Shown here piece after piece: positions 37,181-50,144 of a stretch of 64,000 nucleotides of DNA. How positions within the stretch are numbered: the stretch's first letter is position 1; the number at the start of each line of letters is the position of its first letter. The notes beneath the pieces are model-generated. The model worked only from the letters and a program-made list of their open reading frames with translations. It ran no database searches and had not been told where the DNA came from. This DNA comes from Lytechinus pictus (Eukaryota): contig NC_087251.1 of NCBI RefSeq assembly GCF_037042905.1, forward strand, positions 40,736,001 to 40,800,000, given 5' to 3'. The translations under genes and the position numbers were made by a program.

Positions 37181-37879
37181 TTAAGAATTAAAAAAAATAT
37201 TCATCTTAACCATTTTGGATGTAAATAGTAATAAATTTTGAAAGAAGCAAAGAAGAACACAGGATGGCTCTTTCATTGCAATCTTTAGAAGTTCTTAGAT
37301 TACATGTATTATGGTAATTTACAAATGTAGATGAAACTGTTTTGTACTGACTTCCAGGATGTAATTTATTCCTTGAATGCTACACTTATTGAAGCTAAGA
37401 CTTAGGTAATTGTATCCTATGTCTTTTAAAGGTAGCTAGATCTATTAGATTTTTATCTAGTGCATTTTCCATCTCAATTAGATGCTTTAATAGTGCACTT
37501 TAGATATGTCTGTGTGCATATTATTATTACCCAGATACAATGTAAAGTTGCTCTGCTCTTACATCATTTTTCTGATTTATTTGACACCTTTTTCTATGTC
37601 TCTTCTGTGCTCTTCTTTCCTTCCTTCCTTTCTTTCTCTCCTTCCTTCATATCTTTTCCATTTGTTTTCCTTTTTTATCATTCTTAATCTGTTTATGCTT
37701 CCTTCTTGTTCTAATGTTCGTATATACATGTAAGGGATTTTTACGAGGTGATTTATATTGATCAGTAAAATTATTATCTCTAATCTTTGATATTTCTTGT
37801 CTTCCTATAGACACATGGTTGTTTCCATTATGATACTGTAGTCTCAGTATCCATTTTATTTTTATTTTTTTGTAAATAG

Positions 37880-37989
37880 AGAAAAATTGGAGAATGTAAT
37901 GTGGTGTGGGCCTAAGAAGAATCTTCCTGTGTTGGTGTTCAGACCTGAGTGTAATTTCACCAAAGTCAAGCGACTATATGCAACAGGAG
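37880..37989 (+). CDS. TTLL5: TTLL5 coding exon 2
   Basis: Reads EKLENVMWCGPKKNLPVLVFRPECNFTKVKRLYATG(E); MW.G....PVLVF as in TTLL5. Phase 2-1. Confidence 0.9.
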
Positions 37990-38019
37990 GTGAGATGTCA
38001 CTTGCTATTTTTTTTTAAA

Positions 38020-38378
38020 TCCCAGATGTTTGTAATGTACATCAATAGTCTACCATTGACTTTTACTGATCTCGAACGCAAAGTACTTTTGTATGCAGAT
38101 GATACCGTCTTGCCTTTTGGAGCAAAAAATGTTGATGAATTACAAAATTTTATGCAAGTTCATCTTCAGGTAGCCTAAAAATGGTTTACTAATTATAAGC
38201 TGACACTGAACTTGAAGAAAACAACATTTGTGTTCCTAGGCACTCGACAAACACTTTAAAAATTTTCTGATCTGGAATTAATGCTCTACCAATCAGCACA
38301 TCGAGAGAGTTAAGAAATTTGAATATCTTGGTATCATGCTTCATGAACAATTAGTATGGAAAGAGCACATCGATTATA
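38020..38378 (+). mobile_element. Degenerate LINE RT fragment
   Basis: Reads MFVMYINSLP...VLLYADDTVL, then frameshifted KLTLNLKKT and YLG motifs with stops. Confidence 0.8.
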
Positions 38379-39756
38379 CAGTGCTTATGAATAAAAAATC
38401 TACACTGAGAAATAATCCTGTAAAATTGTATATTTGTATTATCAATCATGAAGCTTTTTTCCACGTTTAATCATTGATACAGATCTCTTTAAGCAAATGA
38501 CGCTATAATTGTCGAAAAATCTTTCCGCTTGAGTTAGCACCACTTACTTTTGAAAATTTTGTGAAAAGTGATTTGCGCAGAACTTGGAAATAGTTATGTG
38601 ACTAAAAGTAAATATTAATCATGAAAACAAACACAATGTAGAACTTATCTTGTTCTTTGGGTAATGTTACAATGTGCAACGCTACTTTGAACACTAACCT
38701 ACATTTATATGTTTGAAATTATAAATTGAGTATATTTCATATCTGTAGAAATTTCAGAATGAATGGTATTCATCTCCTCAAGAGATCTAAAGGATTTAAT
38801 AACATGGATATTGATGATGCCTTACATACAATACATGTATGCCTGACATATATGTATGCCACTCTCGACCCAGGTGCTAAATGGTGCTATTGTACAGTGC
38901 ATCAACAAGTTACATGTCGCTCACTTCATTGAGCAGGCATCCTTGAAGTGCATTGTTGTTACTAATAGCTAATGTAATCAATGAATCTATTGACATTGGA
39001 TTGTGGCTCCAAACCATCTACTCGTTTTGTCCTTACCCTGCTACTGCAAAGGGTCCATTGTTCACCTGTAGTAGTTTCCAAACTCTTCCATGGCCGGGTC
39101 CTATTCAGACCATGATGCATATTGAAAGCTTTGTGAAAACGATATCATATTGTAATTAGATCTCCTAAACCACATGTATAGCTGTTTGTTGTAATAGACA
39201 TGTGCAGTGTGATGTTTATTCAGGTTTGCTACATATATGTGGTAAATGTTAAAAAATCATGGTATTTTTTGTAAGAAAGAGGATTTGGGCAAGTTCAAGA
39301 TATTGTGCTTGTATGGGACATTGTGAGATTTTCAACCTCTAAAAATTCTTTTGAAAACATTTGGATTTTGTGTGCTGAGTACGATACATAACCTACATGT
39401 ACAAAAATAATATTGTTGTTAATATGACATTTGACCTCGTATGTTTTATGAACAAAAATGTACCACCTTATATATGGGACCACAAAAGAAGGAGATTTTT
39501 TTTCAAAATGAAGTTCAAGTTAAAATTCTCTGAAATTATAAAAAATGTATATTTTACATAAGTCAATGGATAAATGTATTCAAATCATTCAAACATGTAC
39601 AGGTGAACCAAAAGTATGTACATGTAGTATGCCCTAGAATTACATGTACCTTATGGAATAAGATACATATTTTCATGCATTAAAGTATATTCATTCATTA
39701 TTTTAATAATAACTTATAGAATGGTTTGTTCTTTTTCAATCCATACATCCACACAG

Positions 39757-39839
39757 AAAAGCACCATCTTGCCTATAAAATAGTTCGTACAGACTGCAGA
39801 GTGATCAGACAGCTTCTACACAAACATGGGTTTCATGAG
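39757..39839 (+). CDS. TTLL5: TTLL5 coding exon 3
   Basis: Reads (E)[27 protein letters not shown]. Phase 1-0. Confidence 0.93.
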
Positions 39840-40077
39840 GTTAGTTTGTGGTGTTGCTAAGGATACCAGATAATGCACTTTTCCTTCAGTGGTTGTAATT
39901 GTGAATATTAGATGGGATTGAACTTTGAAGTCGGGAGTTATGAAATGAATTGTTATCGAATGTACAAGTTGATTATTAAGTAGAAAATATTTTTTTATTG
40001 ACAGTAGATTCTATCATACAGGATAGACTTCATTTATAAACATGGGTAGATTGCATTTCCACACATTAATCTTCTCT

Positions 40078-40576
<499 letters not shown>

Positions 40577-41023
40577 ATTGAAATAATTCTAAGAAATTAT
40601 ATTTTATAGTAGTTATTGATCATTGATGTATCTTTTTCTCTTTCAAATGTGATCTGTTATATTGGTTATATATGCATCCTCAAAAATGTAGAGCGATATT
40701 TGATGAAAAAATAAATATTTATATAACTTTCTTTCACTTGTCATTGACGTGTCCCCACAAAAAACTTTGAATTTAATTTGTTAATGTAGAGACTTAATAC
40801 CTCGGTCACATTTGCTCTACGGCGGCCGTACGGCGAGTCAAAAACAGCCGTTTGAACATTTTTTTTTGTACCAGCTACATTATGGTTGCTTGAATTAAAT
40901 TTACGGCTGCCGTAGATTAAATGTTAACTTCAAACCATTGCCATTTTATGTTCATGGAATTTATTTTTTACTTACACGTGTTTTCAATCATTAAGGTATT
41001 TCTTTTGATGTATATATATTCAG

Positions 41024-41130
41024 GTTCATCCGAACAGCTCTGATTTCAACTTGATGTGGATTGGTTCTCATGTTAAACCATACACGTTGAGAAGCTTTAC
41101 TGACTTTCAGAAAATCAACCATTTTCCAAG
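41024..41130 (+). CDS. TTLL5: TTLL5 coding exon 4
   Basis: Reads [35 protein letters not shown](R), the TTL-domain QK.NHFP motif. Confidence 0.95.
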
Positions 41131-41646
41131 GTAATCTCATGGGCCTATTTGTTTTGGCTGCTATATTTGATTGCAATTCTTTACTCTGGGGGTAGGGTGG
41201 GGGAACTTCAAGCTTCGAGTTGGCCTTACTAAAGATGTTGTATTTACTGACATAGCAGCACATTTCACTCATTGCATGACCTATTGAAAGTAATCTTGCT
41301 CTTCCTAAGAGCCCCCCCCCCCCCCTTCTCTATTACAAGAGATATTTTTCATTGCACTAAAGATTTATATATCTGTATTTATGTTTCTATTGATTATTTT
41401 CTAGATGATGGCTACATAGTTACTCAAAATCCATTAAAATTTATAGTTTCTTTTAGGACTTCATTGTAAAAATGCTCTTTTTTTGATAAAGCATGAAGGT
41501 TTGATATTATCATAAAATGTCATAATTTCAATCTCTATATTTGTGTATCTCTTGTGGGGATTTAATTCCCTTATCTGTGCTTGTCTTCATATTCTTATTT
41601 CTTTAGTATGAATTTTCATTAAGTTTGTTTTTCTTTCCAATACCAG

Positions 41647-41710
41647 GTCCTATGAAATTACTAGAAAAGACAGACTGTACAAAAACTTTCAACGTATGCA
41701 ACATGCCAAG
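41647..41710 (+). CDS. TTLL5: TTLL5 coding exon 5
   Basis: Reads SYEITRKDRLYKNFQRMQHAK. Phase 2-0. Confidence 0.95.
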
Positions 41711-42045
41711 GTTTGTACTATCGAAATTTCTTTCATAAAATGTAAAGGTCATTCATTCATTCAATTTGTTCTACAAGATATTCTCTAAAACCATAATTAG
41801 TGGTCGGTCTTAACCTTATATGAGCTTAATAACAAATTCATTCTGGAGTTTTCATTGGATGTTAATCAATTTTGTATGTACGTTTAGAATTCACCCAAAA
41901 TGCAATTTAAAAAAAATTCAATATCTGTAATGATGATTATTACCTTAATATCAGTATCTATGAAAAGGTCCATGAAATGGCTCTACGATCTTCTTTCAAA
42001 TTGGTATTAATTTTGAGACTTTGTATCTTGTGTTGCTTCTTGCAG

Positions 42046-42112
42046 GGTGCCCGCCATTTTGATTTCTTGCCGCAAACCTTCTGCACTCCTTCAGAGTTTG
42101 ATGACTTAGTGG
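42046..42112 (+). CDS. TTLL5: TTLL5 coding exon 6
   Basis: Reads GARHFDFLPQTFCTPSEFDDLV(A). Phase 0-1. Confidence 0.93.
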
Positions 42113-42426
42113 GTATGTTTCTTCTTTTGCATGGCCTACAGTTTGTATTCTCTTGGTCTACTAGTAGATGGTTTAATTCTGAGATCAGGGGCCCGTAACA
42201 CAAAGCTTAGCAATGATCGCAGAACTTTTTTTTACGATTGATTGCATTGACTACAATGTACAATCAATCTTTGTGTTACAGGACCCTAGTATTAATTTGG
42301 TTTGATTGCTCTGTGAGGCTAATAGTCTGGGCCTGATGTCATTTAGTTTCTACTCAGATGATCCACTTCCCACTTCATCAACTGATTTTAGTTCATAAAC
42401 ACTTCATCTAATCATGTAGATTAAGC

Positions 42427-43211
42427 CAGCGCTTCTCAACCAGTTTTTTTCCTCGAGGACCACTTTGACTTTCAGATTTTTTTTTAGGCCCACCTACCAA
42501 AATTTTAAGAAAACGTCAATTTTGATGAAATTTTACCACACAGCTCTGAAGTCCATTCGTAACAAACAGTTTGAGAATTAATCTGCATTCGCAAAGGTCC
42601 GGTAAATGGGCGACAATTAACTACATACACAATATGATGTGTTCTGGTACTTATATTGGTTATTTATGCATCCTCACAAATGTAGAGCGATATTTGATAA
42701 AAAAATGAATATTTAGATAACTTTCTTTCACTTGTCATTGACCCGTCCCACAAAAAACTTTGAATTTAATTTGTTAATGTAGAGTTTTACACTTCGGTTA
42801 CATTTGCTCTACGGCGGCCGTATGGCTATTCAAAAACAGCCGTTTGAACATTTTTTTTAGTACCAGCTACATTATGGTGGCTTGAATTAAATTTAATGAA
42901 ATGACTGTTTTCTATTCGCCGTCCGGTAAATGGGCGACAATTAACTACATACACAATATGCATGCATATGAAGTTCACATCAAAGTTAGATCGAAACCAT
43001 CGTAGTGTGCATGTGCATGCTTTGCAACATGCATGGTTATCATACCAAAGCGTGCTTTAGTTTTGTTTGACCCACATAGACCGATTTCACATACATGTAT
43101 CATGTTCTGACAGGTCTGTGAAATATATATACTTTAGTTTCCCCCTTTTTTTTTCCCTCCCTCTGGAGCTTCTCGCGGCCCACCTGAGAGAGCTTCGTTT
43201 GAGAAGCGCTG
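42427..43211. mobile_element. hAT (Charlie-like) MITE
   Basis: TIR cagcgcttctcaac / tttgagaagcgctg and exact 8-bp TSD gattaagc. It sits inside an agaccaaatgg-repeat element (~42340-43440). Confidence 0.85.
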
Positions 43212-43836
43212 GATTAAGCGATATTAGACCAAGGTGGAAATCAGATAAAATGGATGTAGCCTATAAACTATTACACAAAGTTTGTGGTAAATGGGCTAAA
43301 TGGCCATTAGACCAAATGGCCATTAGACCAAATGGTTAGTAGACCGAATGGTTGTAGACAAAAAATTATGATTTTGACCCTGTGAGATGAGACCAAATGA
43401 AATATATTATAAGCGTGTCCTGACCAAGTGGCAGTTTACTTGATCTACTACTGAAAGGGAAATTATATATATATTTTTTTCCAGGTCACCCTATTAAGTA
43501 GAGGTACCATCTTTCACCCTGGAGAAAGTTTGCATTTTTTTTTCCTGAAACATATCACATGTTGATGTGTTACACTGTAAAAGAAGTTATCTTTCTATTG
43601 GTTTTATTTCTTGTAAATTTTGCGTGGCAATTGACATGAAAATGTCCATCTTGATGTATACTTTTTGAAAAATTTACAAAGTGAAGTACTTTCTAATTTC
43701 CACCTTGTCAAACTGATAAAACTATCAGTATTCAAAATATATGAACAATGTATGATGTATACTGTTTTTGCAATATGTTTGTAGATATATATATGTATAT
43801 TACAAAGCAGTTTGCCATGTTCTATATATATATATA

Positions 43837-44049
43837 CAGTGGTGCTTAAAAGTCAGTAAACACCACCAGAAAATGAAAGTTCTTCCATACTATACATATT
43901 TACCTGTGAAGTCCGGTGATAAAATACGACACTCGATAAAGTTTGTTTCTCTGGGTTTTGCCGAACATTGTTGTGCTGTTGCCTACGTTCAACACTCGGC
44001 ATGAAGGAGTGCATTTTGTGGCGGGGTTCACAAACTTTTGAGCACACTG
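43837..44049. mobile_element. Tc1/mariner-type MITE
   Basis: TA|CAGTGGTGCTTAAAAGT ... ACTTTTGAGCACACTG termini. Confidence 0.7.
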
Positions 44050-44129
44050 TTAATTGCTCTTCAATATTTATCCAATCTCTCAGTTGATAATATTGTAAAC
44101 ACTTAAATCATTTCTATAATCTTTGCTAG

Positions 44130-44212
44130 CTGCACATAACAAAGAAAGAGGAACATGGATTGTTAAACCAGTAGCATCATCCAGAGGAAGGGGAATCTTC
44201 CTTGTCAACAGT
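44130..44212 (+). CDS. TTLL5: TTLL5 coding exon 7
   Basis: Reads (A)[27 protein letters not shown], the ATP-grasp WIVKP..SSRGRG motif. Confidence 0.96.
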
Positions 44213-44235
44213 GTAAGTTACTCACCTGCGGTAAT

Positions 44236-44446
44236 GGATGTTTGTCACGACATTTGCTCCTGCGACAATTGCTCCGGGCTTAATTTCGTCTAAGAATAAT
44301 GTAGGGTTAGGGTTGCAATAGTTAGGGTTTTATGTAAGGTTAAGGGTAAGGTATAGAGTTAAACCCAGGGTTGAAGTTGGTCATCCGATTAGTGTGTGGA
44401 ATTCAGAGTGGAGCATTTGTCGGCGGGGCAAATTTCATGGAACCGT
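44236..44446. mobile_element. MITE with internal TTAGGG-like repeats
   Basis: Imperfect TIRs (gacatttgctcc / ggagcatttgtc) around tagggttagggtt. Confidence 0.55.
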
Positions 44447-45014
44447 GATAATGATCTGAGAAAGAGTTTGAACATAATTCAATAAAATGTCCACTAAAGA
44501 ATTTGTGTTTTGAAAAGTGCATAGTGATTACGGCAGAAAATGTATAGATGCTGAGAAATTAGCCACATAAGCATTGCATTCCAGTCAAGTGTAATGTCCT
44601 TATATAAATAATACACTCTCCCAATGTGTGTGTCTGTGTAGGCGATCTTTTTCATTGATTGTTAAGCTTGGACTTTATGATTTTATGCAGATAGGTCTAT
44701 TTCAGTGTACCAGATTGAGGTCTATGATGGTATTATTACAATTATACTTGATTTTCAAGGATCTCTCATCCAATAGTTGTTTGCTGCAGCTAAATAAGTT
44801 TAAATAGCTTTATTCTTCATCTTCAACAGCTATTATGTATCATTTGTGCAAGTTCACTACAAAATATGATTTCAAGAAAATGGTGATATTTCTTTAATTG
44901 GACATGTCAATTTATTCTTATTGTACTGAATTTCCTTGGAACCTGCTCTGCAATGCTTTGTAGAATTGTGTAACATGTGTGATTTATCGAATGATTTCCA
45001 AACTTTGTCAACAG

Positions 45015-45084
45015 CCTCAGAATGTACCACTAGATGCAGCTTATGTTGTGTGTCGATACCTCAACAATCCTCTCCTCATTGATG
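45015..45084 (+). CDS. TTLL5: TTLL5 coding exon 8
   Basis: Reads PQNVPLDAAYVVCRYLNNPLLID(G). Confidence 0.95.
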
Positions 45085-45287
45085 GTAAGTATCACTTCTC
45101 ATTCGTATTTGGTTTTAAACCACACATAGGAATTTAGAAGAAAAAAATAGTGATGAAAATACCTTTGAGGTACTATATTGAAGGGTTTCTTAATGCTTTA
45201 TCTTATATGGAATGATTAAATAATAATTCCTTAATGTTTTCATCTGGTTGTGCAGTAAATATTTGTTTTTCGTTATCATCCATGTAG

Positions 45288-45372
45288 GTTTCAAGTTTGA
45301 CCTGAGGCTGTATGTAGCAGTGACTTCATATGATCCTCTTCGTATATACCTCTATGAAGAAGGCTTAACCAG
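45288..45372 (+). CDS. TTLL5: TTLL5 coding exon 9
   Basis: Reads (G)[27 protein letters not shown](R), the KFDLR.Y motif. Confidence 0.96.
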
Positions 45373-45584
45373 GTAAGGTATTCTCTTGGAACATCAAATG
45401 AGAATAAGATATTTAACCTGAACTGATTTCCATGCCTTTCTCTGATGTAATAATAAATACGTATGAAAGAAGAGGTTCATCCTGACATCAAGTTGAGAGA
45501 AATATATCAATGAAGGTTTGATGAATATTCATCAAAGAGCAACAAAGTTATGGATTTTAAAAGTTCCTATTTTGTGATGTCATG

Positions 45585-46542
45585 TGCTGCACTCGACCCA
45601 GGTGAGGTAAATGGGTACCGGCAGGAAGTAATTCCTCAAAAAGCTGTGCGCACCAGAATGGGTAGACTAGCTTAGCCGGGGTAATATAGGAGTGCCTTGA
45701 GCACCTAGCAAGGTTAGGGACAGTGATTTTCCGCGATTGCGGAAAACGGACGGAATTCACGGAATCGGCCTTTTGAAACGGAAAGTGGCTTTTCAAACGG
45801 AAAATCACGGAAAACATGATTTTTCCCAAAATGCACAAAGTAGCAACAGAAATTAATCCCAAATCCTCAACAAAATACGATTATCAACTGAAAAAAACAC
45901 GATCTCACTTTGCAACAGCAATCATGACAATCAACACATCGTAACTACACTCGAGCCCCTCCATCACTCGATCGTATCTAAATTAGTTTACACTCACGTC
46001 CGCATATAAGGCAGAATACAGCCGTGTGTTGCTGCCCTCTGCGTTCGGTCATAATATAATCACGGTGATTCAACAAATCCAAAATGGCGGATAGGCAGAA
46101 GTCGTCGACTGCTCAAAACGATGTCCGAAAAGTCCCCAAATCAGCGATAAAATCCCACTTAATCATAAAATAATGCGAATAATATGAAAGGTGAGAATGT
46201 ATTCATGTTGATTATGTTTCCCTAAAGAGTTTTTGAGCTCGAATCTCTTCTATTAAAATGGATTTTAAAGCGATGTAAGTACATTGTTAGATGCAAATTT
46301 TGACCAGCGCTAGCATTTTGACATCGCTACTCATTGCGTATTGGTTTTCTATGTAAACGGAATTGTCACTTTTTCATGTACACAAAGTCTATGGGGAAAC
46401 GGAATTTCCGTTTTCAGACGTGCTGAAACGGAATTTGAGATTTTCTGAAACAGAAAAGGCAATTTTTAGAAACGGAAAATCACTGTCCCTACAAGGTGGA
46501 TACGTGCGCTATACAAATCCTATATTATTATTTATTTATTAC
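45585..46542 (+). mobile_element. 5'-truncated SINE split by a DNA transposon
   Basis: Core tgcactcgacccaggtgaggtaaatgggtacc. The tail resumes at 46492 as caaggtggatacgtgcgctatacaaatcctatattattattt. Confidence 0.75.
45715..46491. mobile_element. hAT-like non-autonomous element with 6-bp TSD
   Basis: Perfect 19-bp TIR tagggacagtgattttccg / cggaaaatcactgtcccta, caaggt on both sides, subterminal aacggaa repeats. Confidence 0.85.
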
Positions 46543-46586
46543 TAATCCAGATAATGCATTTTTCTTCCAAACACTGTTTGTTTTAG

Positions 46587-46688
46587 GTTCGCTACTGTGC
46601 AATACCAACAGAACAATAAGACAATAAAGAACACGTGCATGCATTTGACCAACTACAGTTTGAACAAGAAGAGTCGTGACTACGTCAA
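46587..46688 (+). CDS. TTLL5: TTLL5 coding exon 10
   Basis: Reads (R)[33 protein letters not shown](K), the MHLTNYS.NK motif. Confidence 0.96.
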
Positions 46689-47005
46689 GTGAGTATCTGT
46701 TATAATTATACAAGTAAAATAGTTAAGAGTGTTCTGTAGGGCGGGAGTTGGGAGGAGGAAGGTTTAATATCTGTAAAGGCCTACTTTGATTAACACAAAT
46801 TCTTAATGTGGAAAATGGCAAGCAAATCTATGAGGAGCTAGTGAAAATATAAGGGTATACTTCATTGCAGTTAGCCTGTAAATGACAAAGTAAGACATTT
46901 AAAGGGGTATGCCAGTCTTGAAATAATATGAGTTGAATAGATGTGTTCAAAAGAGACAAGCAAAACTGAGAATTTCATCCAAATCAACTTCAAGATGGAG
47001 TCTTG

Positions 47006-47185
47006 GGGGCAAGTCAATTTGCTTTTTATACCATGAGTGTCCTATGACTACATCTTCAAGGTGATTTGAACTTCGGGGCAAGTCAACTTGCTTTACCATG
47101 AATGTCCTGTGACTGTATCTTGAAGGGTATCTCATCTTTGAGGCAAGTCAATTTGCTTTAATACCATAAATGTCCTACGACTTGA
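47006..47185. repeat. ~67-bp tandem repeat, about 2.7 copies
   Basis: ggcaagtcaatttgcttt...accatgagtgtcctatgact repeated. Confidence 0.7.
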
Positions 47186-48548
47186 TCAAGTTAAGAAAAG
47201 AAAAATACCCCAAATGCATAAATGTGCCAATGTGTCAGTGTTAGTGACCTTCAATGAGATACCAGGAGACAAGGTTTCAAATATCAAACAAAATCACCAA
47301 TTTATTATGTGGAGAAAGGATTCAGTAATAATGATTCTGTTTTGTCGTCATCTTGACAATGCTTTCTTGACGTTTATACCTTCTTGTAACAAATCAGATA
47401 ATTCTGTGGATCACTTTGGTCAGCCTCGTGCTTTTTTAGATGAACATTTATAAGATCTTGTTAACAGCTTAATCCAGATTAGTTCCTTGTAAATAGTGCA
47501 ATATTATTCATGCAACATGTAATAAAAAGTAGATTTGTCACCAATTTGGTTATAGAAAGAATGTATTGGTTACCAGTTTCTCTGTCACCAGCTTCTAAGA
47601 CACTTTTACATAATAGCAAAAGGTATAAACTAAAACAGTTGAATATTTCAACTTCAAGTAAACTTTGTGATGGCTGAACTTATAACAGTAATATACACTT
47701 TCATCAATTAATTATATCACATCTTGCAAATCAGATCTTAACACCTTCACATATCAAAATTTAAATTTCACAATGTAAGCCGGTATTATACATTCTGTCA
47801 TAAATCCGATTGAATACTCAAGTGACTTTTGGAAAGGTAAAATAATTAAAAGCAGTAATCAATTTCAATGAATGCTGATACCATTATGTTACTTTCTTTA
47901 GACGACTCAGAATTAAATTTAAAAAAAAACTTTTTGTCACCGTGTGAGTAATTCCATTTTGACCCAAAAATACATCAATTCACTTGTCACCAAAACATTA
48001 CCGAATCTTTAATTGAACTGACCACCAAGATCATGAGTAAATCTGCTATCATGGGCACCAAACATGGAAGTGGAAAACTGATCACCAAGATCAACAATTT
48101 GTCAAAACCGACTTCTACTACTACACATTTCACATTCATTGCAATAGATCACCAAGATCAATAGTTAAGGAATAGAGCCTCGTCGATCTGGCGCTGCACA
48201 GCGGCTGCCGTGCCCACGATCAATTGGGCAAAGCAGATTTTCAGAGTATTTCATTTTATGTCTATTTCAAACAATAAAATATGGATTTTGGATTTTTGGA
48301 TGTTAACGTACTAGATGTCGATCTACGTTAATATGGTAACAATTAACTTTGAATTTTAAAATTTGTCATTAAATCATAGTATGCTACGACTGCATTATAG
48401 TATAGTTTTAATGATGTTCAATTAGAGAATTCTGAATATAATGGAATGATGAAGTGAAATATGATTTTGCTAAAAAGGGAAGATAAATCCACCATATGTT
48501 TTGATGGGTATGAGCGTATACTTAATTATGATTCTATTATTGCTTTAG

Positions 48549-48640
48549 GTGTGATGATGGAGACATTGAAGACTATGGGAACAAGTGGAGTTTAGGAGCA
48601 ATGCTTAGGTACCTCAAGAAACAAGGCAAAGATGCTAAAC
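48549..48640 (+). CDS. TTLL5: TTLL5 coding exon 11
   Basis: Reads [30 protein letters not shown](L); CDD...EDYGNKWS is TTLL5-like. Confidence 0.96.
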
Positions 48641-48741
48641 GTAAGCATACAGGATTTTACCTCACCTAGTAGAAGTATGAAAGCTGCATTCCACAACATT
48701 CTATGAATTTTTTCCATCAGAATTTCTGATGTTTTTTTTTT

Positions 48742-49066
48742 GTGTCTCGCCTTGTAATCAGAGGGTCGTGTGTTCGAATCCCACCAGGGCCTAGCGTCCT
48801 TTGGCAAGGCGTCAATCCACAATTTGCCACTCTCCACCCAGGTGTTAAATGGGTAGACGGTAGGATGCGAAAGCCTATGTAGTATGCCTAGCAATTGAGT
48901 CTTGGAACTCTTGTTGGAATGCTCCCCAGGGAGTGGAGAAGGTGCATACATTGTATGCGGGCATGCAAGGATTCGATGACCGGGGTAATAATATATCTGT
49001 AAAGCACTTAGAGACGTCGTTCCGATGTGTTAAGCGCTATATAAATGCGGAATATTATTATTATTA
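48742..49066 (+). mobile_element. tRNA-derived SINE with L2-like tail
   Basis: B box gttcgaatccc, core ctccacccaggtgttaaatgggta, tail tgtaaagcacttagagac...aagcgctatataaatgcggaa(tat)n. Confidence 0.8.
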
Positions 49067-49708
49067 ACATTTCATGTGGGTTGTTACTTAAGAACGTTTG
49101 ATTGGTCAAGAAGACCTTTTATGTAAAGTATTTATAAGAGCAATTCTCCTACAAACCAAATGACACATCAGTTGAACATTATGCATTGTTTCAATAATAC
49201 GTTGATCAGGGTTTGATCAGAAATACTTTTTAAAAAAATCTGCCACTACTTTATGTGGTTCTCAAGCAAATACTACTTAAAAGTGATTTTGTGTTCTGAA
49301 TATTTGAAATGGTTAAGAGCTTGAACATAACTGAAGAGTGGAATAGTATTTGTATTTTGCAAGGTGATAAAAGGTGTTTGGTGAACAGAATTACTATATT
49401 GCTGAATAGAAATAGTTGATCATAAGAGTACCAAAGGCAATTTTTCGTCAGTGAATATCACATTGCATATATTTGCTTCTTTTAGCAATAAAAGTATATT
49501 ATTCCATACCAATTATTTGTTTTACACAAGATACTGTTTGTTTTTATGAGTTTTACAAAAACTAGAAAGTGAGGAGGAGCTTTCGCCAAATTTACCAAGA
49601 AATCATTGCCAGTGAATGACAAGTTGACAAACTTGATGAAACGGTTCCCTGAGAGAGTACTGTGTTGATTATTATTTTGAATAATTGATATGAATTCTGT
49701 ATTCACAG

Positions 49709-49816
49709 TTCTACTTTCGAGAATAGAGGATGCAGTGAACAAAACAATCATCTGTGCAGAGCTTCCTGTGGCCAACGCCTGTAAGATGTTCCAACCATAC
49801 AGGGGAAATTGCTTTG
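49709..49816 (+). CDS. TTLL5: TTLL5 coding exon 12
   Basis: Reads (L)LLSRIEDAVNKTIICAELPVANACKMFQPYRGNCF(E). Confidence 0.95.
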
Positions 49817-50144
49817 GTAAGAATACTGCTTTGATCATGTTATATCTGTAAAACGCTTAGAGACATTGTTCCGATAGTAAAGAGCAGACTATCATTACGT
49901 TCTACATTGATATAATACTGTTGTGATACAGGGTTTTATGCATAAAAGTTTACTACTATAATAATTTTCGTCATTCATTATAGTAATACCATGAAAATAT
50001 CTGTAATTTGTATTACCTGCTTATCCCTGTTACCATGGAATTTACTGTAATGTTAATGTTAGCATCATGGTAGATTTATACACAAAATGACCCAGATCAA
50101 TGAAAATATGCTGAGAAACTAACAAAATGCACCATTGTTTTATA

